From: Zygophlyctis sp. KS116
Lineage: Eukaryota; Fungi; Chytridiomycota
Assembly (NCBI GenBank): GCA_054661495.1
Contig: BAAFSQ010000488.1
Location: 1-5,266, forward strand
Reading direction: 5' to 3'
Length of the DNA: 5,266 nucleotides
Shown: piece after piece, positions 1 to 5,266 of the stretch
Layout of the letters: each line of letters begins with the position of its first letter
Position numbering within the stretch: position 1 is the stretch's first letter
Notes under the pieces: generated by a model
The model's database searches: none
Told to the model about the DNA's origin: nothing
The model's input: the letters and a program-made list of their open reading frames with translations, nothing else
Program-made: the position numbers and the translations under genes

Positions 1-150
1 TGTAATTTGTGAGCATATTGTAGTGAACCCAACAATATCTGAAAAAAAGATCGTGGCGGATCCAAACGATTCCGGTGATGGGGTAACTCCTTTAAGAAGT
101 TGAGCGGCTGCCTTAGGTGGAAGCATTTGGCCAATCAAATCATTTGCCCT
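1..150 (-). other. Cyclase signalling helix and N-terminal part of class III nucleotide cyclase catalytic domain
   Basis: RANDLIGQMLPPKAAAQLLKG...ATIFFSDIVGFTTICS; first metal-binding Asp codon at 37..39. Residues determining ATP versus GTP specificity lie outside the window. Confidence 0.92.
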
Positions 151-2301
151 CTTATTAGAACTATCAACTTCTGAAACTAATTTCTCCAGCTCTTGCTGTT
201 TTTTTCTTTCGTTCGCCGTATTAGCTTTTTCCAGTTCGACCTAACATGAATGTAAGTTTGCCTACCTCTTCGGTCAGATCTCTCACTATTCCCGTGAATA
301 GATGGGCGCCATCTTCTTTAACCTCTGATACAGACAAAAGAAGCGGGAAATGTGATCCATCTTTCTTTAGCCCAAAGGCACGTCTACTGCCACCAATAAC
401 CTTTTTAACGCCAGTAGTTAAGTAATTGGTGAGATAAGAATCATGTTCCACAGAATAGTTAGAGGGCATCATATCCCTAATATTTTTGCCAAGTACTTCA
501 GAAGAGGAATAGCCAAACATTTTTTCGGCTGCCGGATTGAATCTGCGTATTGTTCCGATTGGGTCAATATTGATAATACCATCCACGACAGTATCCAAAA
601 CACTATTAAGGATTCGTCTCTCCACAAGCATTTTCAATTCAGCATCATGTACAGATGCCTCCATTGCAATTTCCTTTTCTTGAACGCTAGTGATGTTTTC
701 AAGCTCCTGCTCATGGTCCGATCGCAGGCTTTGCAGCTGCAGATCATGAGATTCGTCCAAGTCACGTAGTCTTGCTTGTACAGACAGCTGACAATCCTCC
801 ATCTCTTGTTTCAGAGTCAGTATGAGAATGGAAAGGGCTTCAGCATGTTTTTTTTGCAATGTTTTCAGTGCGATTTTCCCTTTATCCGCGATTTGTTCAA
901 TAGACCCCGCACCATCAGTACGCTCTTCTTCGTCCTCCTGGGTAGTTTCAAACTTAATCTTTATATTGGATATATTAAGACCGTTGGCTGATCTTGAAGC
1001 AACTGATCCGCCTACTACTGATCCACTAAAATCACTCTCGCCTCGATCAACTGATTCTAATGATTCAGCTCTTGACATTGATGCTGAATGTGCCCCAGAC
1101 TGTCTACTACGGCTCGGAGAAGCTGATGAAATTTTAATAGTAGATGCAACAAGCCTACTATCAACATTCCGGTAACGCTGTTGAAGAGCTATTTCTTGTT
1201 GTGATTTCAATGCTCGAATCTGATGTCTATGCATCTGGTTGAGTTTTTTAATTTCAGTGGCATGTTGTATCTCCAGAATCGACACTTTATCTCTTTCATG
1301 TTTTGCAGCAAGTCGTTCCTTTTCTGCAGTCAGTTCCTGATTTTGACAAGTTTCTAGATCTGCCTTTCGACTGATATGCTCTGCTTTCAGCGCTTCTATT
1401 TCGTCGAAACATTTTATATCCAGATCAAATCTTTCTTTTGCTTGTTGAGCCTCAGTTTGCTGGATTTCTCGAAGCTGGTCACCAATTCTCTTATTAAGAG
1501 CTCTATGCCTTTAAATGAAGTTAATTACGTTTGATGGTTGATACGAACTTGTAAGTTCTTTGCTAACGATGCTTTTACTTCTTCTTTCAAATGTCTATTT
1601 TGAATATCATTAATCATTCTCTCATACTGAAGTTTTCTCTCTTGGGAGGCAGCAAGCTGTTTTCTTTGTTTCTCATGAAGACTCTCCATATGTTGCATCA
1701 GAAGGTCAAATGCCGCTCTCTTTCTAGCAAGTATTTCCTTTACTCTTGATGCCACTCTTGATGCCTCCTCTTGAATCATAATGGTTCGATCTCTATTCTT
1801 TGTTTGTCGCATCATAGTTCGCAATGTTTTTTTTGCCAACTTTCTATCCTTTCTCGCCTCAAGAGTCTTTGAGAACGCATCCTTACGTTGGATCAGTTCC
1901 TCCTTTTGTAAAGTTTGAGTGAATGCTATTTCCGCTTCATTTCTTTGGACCATAAAGCCTAGATCTTCCCTATATCTTGCTTCATCTTCAGCTTTTTTCA
2001 TGTTTGCTTCTACAGCCACACAATCATTTCGGACACTTTCAAAGACTGAAAATGCTTTAGCATTCACATGCTCCATAACTGGCTTGATTGCTTCTTCATC
2101 TGCAGCGGATGATCCCTTAGTTATAACTTCTGCTTTTGCTGGCTTGAACTGGCACACTGAATTTGGAGAAGTGGTAGATCCGCCACCACTGGCAGCGGTG
2201 TCCGAAGAAATTGTCGATACACATCCTTTTGACGCATCTTCTGCTAATGGCTTGCGTTCAGATATAATAACTTCTGGCTTTGCAATTCTATCAACTCTCA
2301 T
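1..2301 (-). CDS. Soluble coiled-coil / FixL-like PAS / class III adenylate-guanylate cyclase, 3' end outside window. Exons 2301..1529, 1502..266, 240..<1 (750 aa visible)
   Basis: Two GT-AG introns (1503..1528, 241..265) join ORFs 1525..2301 and 221..1285 and the frame at 240..1 into one stop-free frame. Exon 3 reads VELEKANTANERKKQQELEKLVSEVDSSNKRANDLIGQMLPPKAAAQLLKGVTPSPESFGSATIFFSDIVGFTTICSQIT, i.e. the cyclase signalling-helix motif (MLP..AxxL) and the catalytic FSDIVGFT motif. ATG at 2301 is preceded by an A-run. No transmembrane segment seen. Confidence 0.9.
241..265 (-). other. 25-nt spliceosomal intron, phase 0
   Basis: GTAGGCAAACTTACATTCATGTTAG on the minus strand; removal joins the PAS end (DLTEE) in frame to VELEK and the cyclase domain. 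Confidence 0.9.
266..613 (-). other. PAS domain, FixL heme-PAS-like
   Basis: ILNSVLDTVVDGIINIDPIGTIRRFNPAAEKMFGYSSSEVLGKNIRDMMPSNYSVEHDSYLTNYLTTGVKKVIGGSRRAFGLKKDGSHFPLLLSVSEVKEDGAHLFTGIVRDLTEE; canonical PAS motifs FNPAAExMFGY, G.KDG..FP and RDLTE. Confidence 0.93.
1503..1528 (-). other. 26-nt spliceosomal intron, phase 2
   Basis: GTAATTAACTTCATTTAAAGGCATAG on the minus strand; removal gives RINHQT-ALNKRIGDQLREIQ and an open frame to 266. An in-frame AAG acceptor at 1509 (20-nt intron) is a less likely alternative. Confidence 0.82.
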
Positions 2302-2744
2302 TTTTTATTGTTGTGTAAACTCGTCATGCATCATGTAAACATAGTTTGCTCCAGACCGCAATCTATGAGTAAATTTGAGACAGAACTGTAAACAAACCAT
2401 TTGTCTAAATATAACTCTTAATTACTCGAATGATTACTAAGACTGCGGCCAACTTTGTATCTAGCAGTGTTTGCTATTACTCATTGTTTCCATTAAATAT
2501 GCAAATATTAGCAAATTGTCCGAAACTTATCCAAATCGTCACGTTTTTACGTTTAGCCTTGAATGATTTGCATACCAATAAAAAATATATGTATTGAAAA
2601 TGTCAAATAAAGTATTTATTTCTAATTTGCTCATACCACTTAAATTAAATTCAGGAGAAGGATGACCAACCTTTATAAGTATGACGTCAACAGAAAGCAT
2701 TGTTCTCGAGAACAATACGTAAACATAAAGTTAAACAATATAAA
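2302..2744. promoter_or_regulatory. 443-bp head-to-head intergenic region, probable bidirectional promoter
   Basis: AT-rich non-coding stretch between ATG 2301 (-) and ATG 2745 (+); CCAAT at 2575..2579, TATAA-like at 2674..2678. Confidence 0.6.
2682..2689. promoter_or_regulatory. Perfect CRE/ATF-type bZIP palindrome TGACGTCA
   Basis: Exact 8-bp palindrome about 55 nt upstream of ATG 2745; half-site CGTCA at 2537..2541. Function not demonstrable from sequence. Confidence 0.35.
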
Positions 2745-2816
2745 ATGATATCGATCTCCTTTAAGAAATCTATCTTGGCATTGGCTTTAGCTGCACTTAT
2801 AGCTGGAGTAAATTCC
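2745..2816 (+). other. Signal peptide
   Basis: MISISFKKSILALALAALIAGVNS: basic KK, hydrophobic core, probable cleavage VNS/QA; ATG in AAAATG context. Confidence 0.85.
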
Positions 2817-5266
2817 CAGGCTGTGAACACAGCAATACAATCACATGAAATCAAGGTTATTATTGCAGTAGACAATCTATACAAATTAACTGTCGATGGG
2901 CAGACCATCCCAGTGGATCCCAAATATGGATGGTCAACTATAAATACTCACAAGTTTACTGTGGCAGGAGAAGGACCATGGGTTGTAGCCGTGGATGGAA
3001 TTGACGTGGGTTATGCTTCAGGCTTTTTGGGAGCCGTATATGTTGATGATGTATTGAAAGCAGCTTCAGGGACTACAGATCCTGGCATTATTGATTTCAA
3101 AACAATACTTAATCCATCCGCTGGATGGAATCAGTCTGCAAGTTTTGATGATTCACTTTGGTCTTTACCAGCAGTCTGCAATATCAACCCTTGGGGAGGT
3201 TGGCTAAGTACCTTCCGGTCTTTAACAAAGTCAAATGCTTCTGTCGTATGGTTAGAATCTTGTTGGAAAGTCTGGATGACAGCCTACTTTAGAGTTGTTG
3301 TGACTCCTACAGTTCAAAATATCCCGGAATATTGCAATTCTAGTTCTCCACAATGCTGCCACGTTGTCCGTATCTGGCAATTGATGGGAAAGACAACTAC
3401 AGTTGACCCCAATATCAACAATAGCTGTTGCTCTATGGCTGGAGTTACTTGCAATACAGATCTTGGAACAGTCTTAACGTTGAATTGGACCTCACAAGGT
3501 CTGTCCGGAATAATCCCTTCGAATATTGGAAATTTGCCAAATTTACAAAGTCTGTAAGTCTATTTGCGAATTTAAATATCAGTGACTTGAGTAACAATCA
3601 TCTTTCAGGCACCATACCTGCTGAGATTGGAAATTTGTCTTATTTGCAAAATCTGTAAGAATTTTTGTAATTTAATCTTAAAGTAACTTGACTAACAATT
3701 ATCTCTCAGGAAAAATTATACCTCAGATTGGTAATTTGACAAATTTGATTACGCTGTAAGACTTTCTAATTTAAAAATAGCGGAATGGCCAAAAATAAAT
3801 TCTCGGGACCGATTTTCCCCGAAATTGGTACGCTGAAAAATTTGGTTGATCTGTAAATATTTTTAAATTTAACTGTTAGTAATCTAAGCAACAATTGGCT
3901 GTCAGGAGTATTTCCAACTGAGATTTTAAACCTTCCGAATTTACTAAATCTGTATTTATTTCTTTATGTTGAAAATTACAGTGTTATTTCTAACAATGTG
4001 GATCTCAATGGATTTTATATTGCCAGATGCGGAATTAATATGTAAATCTCTCACATTAAAATTTAAAGAAAAGCAGATGCTACTGAAATTTTATTACGGC
4101 AATGTGTGGCGAATTGCGATTCCTCGTCTCCTCAATGTTGCTGGGTTGTCCGATCATGGCGATTGATGGGAAAGTCATCAAGTGTTGATCCAACTGTACC
4201 AAATGGCTGCTGTTCTATGCCTGGAGTTACTTGCGTCGGGACAAATGTTACAAAGTTAGTTTGGAATCATAATCAGCTGTCTGGACCGATTCCTTTAGAG
4301 CTTGGGAATTTGAGCAGTTTAGAGAATCTGTAAGTTTTTAAATTTGATATTCTAGTCATATGTGGGGCAATCAACTCTCGGGACCAATCCCTTCTGTGAT
4401 TGGAAATCTAAAAAACTTGCGTGAAATGTAACTTCTTTGCGTTACGTTTAGTGAACTTAGCTCGAATCGGCTCAACGGGTATATTCCTCCAGAGTTGGGA
4501 AATTTATCATCTTTAACGGCACTGTATTTTTTGAAAGATATAATATACAGACTCTTGGGATTTAATCAGCTAGATGGACCCATTCCTTCAGAGATTGGAA
4601 ATTTAGCAAATTTGAAATACCTGTATACTTTAACTAATTAACCTGAAAGTCACATTGAACAGAATAAATTATCTGGTATTATTCCGACAGCTATATATCA
4701 GTTGACAAATCTTGAAAGACTGTAAATATAAATATTAAGTAATCGCAGATGGCTCAACAATAATCAACTATCTGGAGAAATATCAACTCAAATCGGGCAG
4801 CTGTCCAAGTTGACTTCATTGTATTTATATATATATCTATAAACTTAAGATTATTACATGTCAATCAATTTGCAGGATCAATCCCTTCAATTGCACAGCT
4901 GAATAATTTGCAAGAAATGTAATGCTCTTTAAATATAACTCATAGTAACCTGAGCGACAATAAATTCTCAGCACTTCCGCTCGCAACCTGTGACTCCTCA
5001 TCTTCTCAGTGCTGCTGGGTTGTCCGATCATGGCAATTGATGGGAAAGACTGCAATGTTGCAATTGATAGGAAAATCATCTCTAGCTCATCCCACCAAAG
5101 AAAATGGCTGCTGTTCTATGCCTGGAGTTACTTGCGTCGGGAAAAATGTTACAAAGTTAGTTTGGAATCATAATCAGCTGTCTGGACCAATTCCTTTAGA
5201 GCTTGGGAATTTGAGCAGTTTAGAGAATCTGTAAGTTTTTAAATTTGATATTCTAGTCATATGTGG
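2745..5266 (+). CDS. Secreted or cell-surface lectin-like domain plus multi-module LRR receptor-like protein, 3' end outside window. Exons 2745..3553, 3583..3654, 3684..3755, 3781..3852, 3880..3951, 3982..4041, 4069..4329, 4356..4427, 4452..4523, 4551..4622, 4650..4721, 4749..4820, 4850..4918, 4946..5230, 5257..>5266 (714 aa visible)
   Basis: Removing 14 phase-2 GT-AG introns gives one stop-free frame with repeats fitting LxxLxLxxNxLSGxIPxEIGNLxx (e.g. DLSNNHLSGTIPAEIGNLSYLQNL, ELSSNRLNGYIPPELGNLSSLTAL, LLGFNQLDGPIPSEIGNLANLKYL). N-terminal signal peptide and many N-x-S/T sequons. Confidence 0.9.
2847..3308 (+). other. Beta-sandwich lectin-like domain (CBM67 / Pleurotus ostreatus lectin-like)
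   Basis: Ordered motifs AVDNLYKLTVDG, GW, VVAVDG, GFLGAV, GWNQSASFDDSLW, PWG, ASVVW, YFRVVV; recognised by pattern recall only, no search run. Confidence 0.6.
3333..5135 (+). repeat. Three copies of a 6-Cys LRR N-cap (3333..3452, 4115..4234, 4989..5135)
   Basis: C-x6-CC-xVVRxWxLMGK-xn-CCSMxGVTC in all three copies, each followed by LRRs. Confidence 0.9.
3554..5256 (+). other. 14 miniature phase-2 introns: 3554-3582, 3655-3683, 3756-3780, 3853-3879, 3952-3981, 4042-4068, 4330-4355, 4428-4451, 4524-4550, 4623-4649, 4722-4748, 4821-4849, 4919-4945, 5231-5256
   Basis: All start GTA and end AG, are AT-rich and 24-30 nt long; each removal restores frame, and 13 fall at the same Leu/Ile codon of the LRR. 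Confidence 0.9.
4201..5266 (+). repeat. Near-identical direct repeat 4201..4365 vs 5102..5266 (offset 901), running off the window end
   Basis: 163/165 identical by manual comparison (4242 C vs 5143 A; 4288 G vs 5189 A), including an identical 26-nt intron. Confidence 0.95.

Noticed and set aside
1509-1528. Alternative 20-nt intron using the AAG acceptor
   Set aside because: In frame but shorter than all other introns here; the TAG acceptor giving 26 nt fits better. Not fully excluded.
443-2338. Plus-strand ORFs 443..769, 776..991, 822..1175, 1919..2338
   Set aside because: Antisense shadows of the cyclase gene with no recognisable motifs.
2499-2506. Octamer motif ATGCAAAT
   Set aside because: AT-rich motif likely by chance; POU factors that bind it are animal proteins.
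2700-2744. TTG start at 2700 from the ORF track
   Set aside because: Eukaryotic gene; ATG 2745 has good context and begins the signal peptide. The GTG starts at 1285 and 4106 and the TTG at 5037 are likewise internal codons.
3952-4830. Some intron starts read as LRR-like L-Y-L/F codons (3952, 4524, 4821), hinting at introns derived from coding sequence
   Set aside because: GTAT followed by T-rich sequence is an ordinary donor; most other introns start GTAA.
4826-4836. Short (TA)n run in an intron
   Set aside because: Too short to be meaningful in AT-rich intronic DNA.
3554-4945. About 99-bp periodic pattern resembling a CRISPR array
   Set aside because: Units are degenerate coding LRR exons separated by GT-AG introns; no identical repeats and no cas genes.
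2687-5079. ORFs 2687..2923 (-), 3966..4166 (+), 4861..5079 (-)
   Set aside because: Antisense or off-frame overlaps of the LRR gene; no independent support.
3428-5234. Fragmented LRR ORFs read as a pseudogene or several small genes
   Set aside because: Every stop and frameshift falls inside a 24-30 nt GT-AG intron; the spliced frame is intact.

Overview
AT-rich eukaryotic DNA in the standard genetic code, probably from a zoosporic fungus (chytrid-like; taxon is inference). It holds two divergently transcribed genes that the ORF track fragments because of 16 very small GT-AG introns (24-30 nt). Minus strand: a soluble class III adenylate/guanylate cyclase, join(complement 2301..1529, 1502..266, 240..<1), at least 750 aa. 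It has a long coiled coil, a FixL-like PAS domain keeping the heme-proximal His and distal Arg in FixL spacing, a signalling helix and the start of the catalytic domain (FSDIVGFT). Plus strand: a secretory-pathway receptor-like protein, 2745..>5266, at least 714 aa. It has a signal peptide, a CBM67/POL-lectin-like domain, then three tandem modules of a 6-Cys cap plus plant-type LRRs. Almost every LRR is its own 72-nt phase-2/phase-2 exon, the concave-face residues are highly variable, and there is a recent 163/165-nt internal duplication or conversion tract. The 443-bp shared intergenic region contains a perfect TGACGTCA palindrome.
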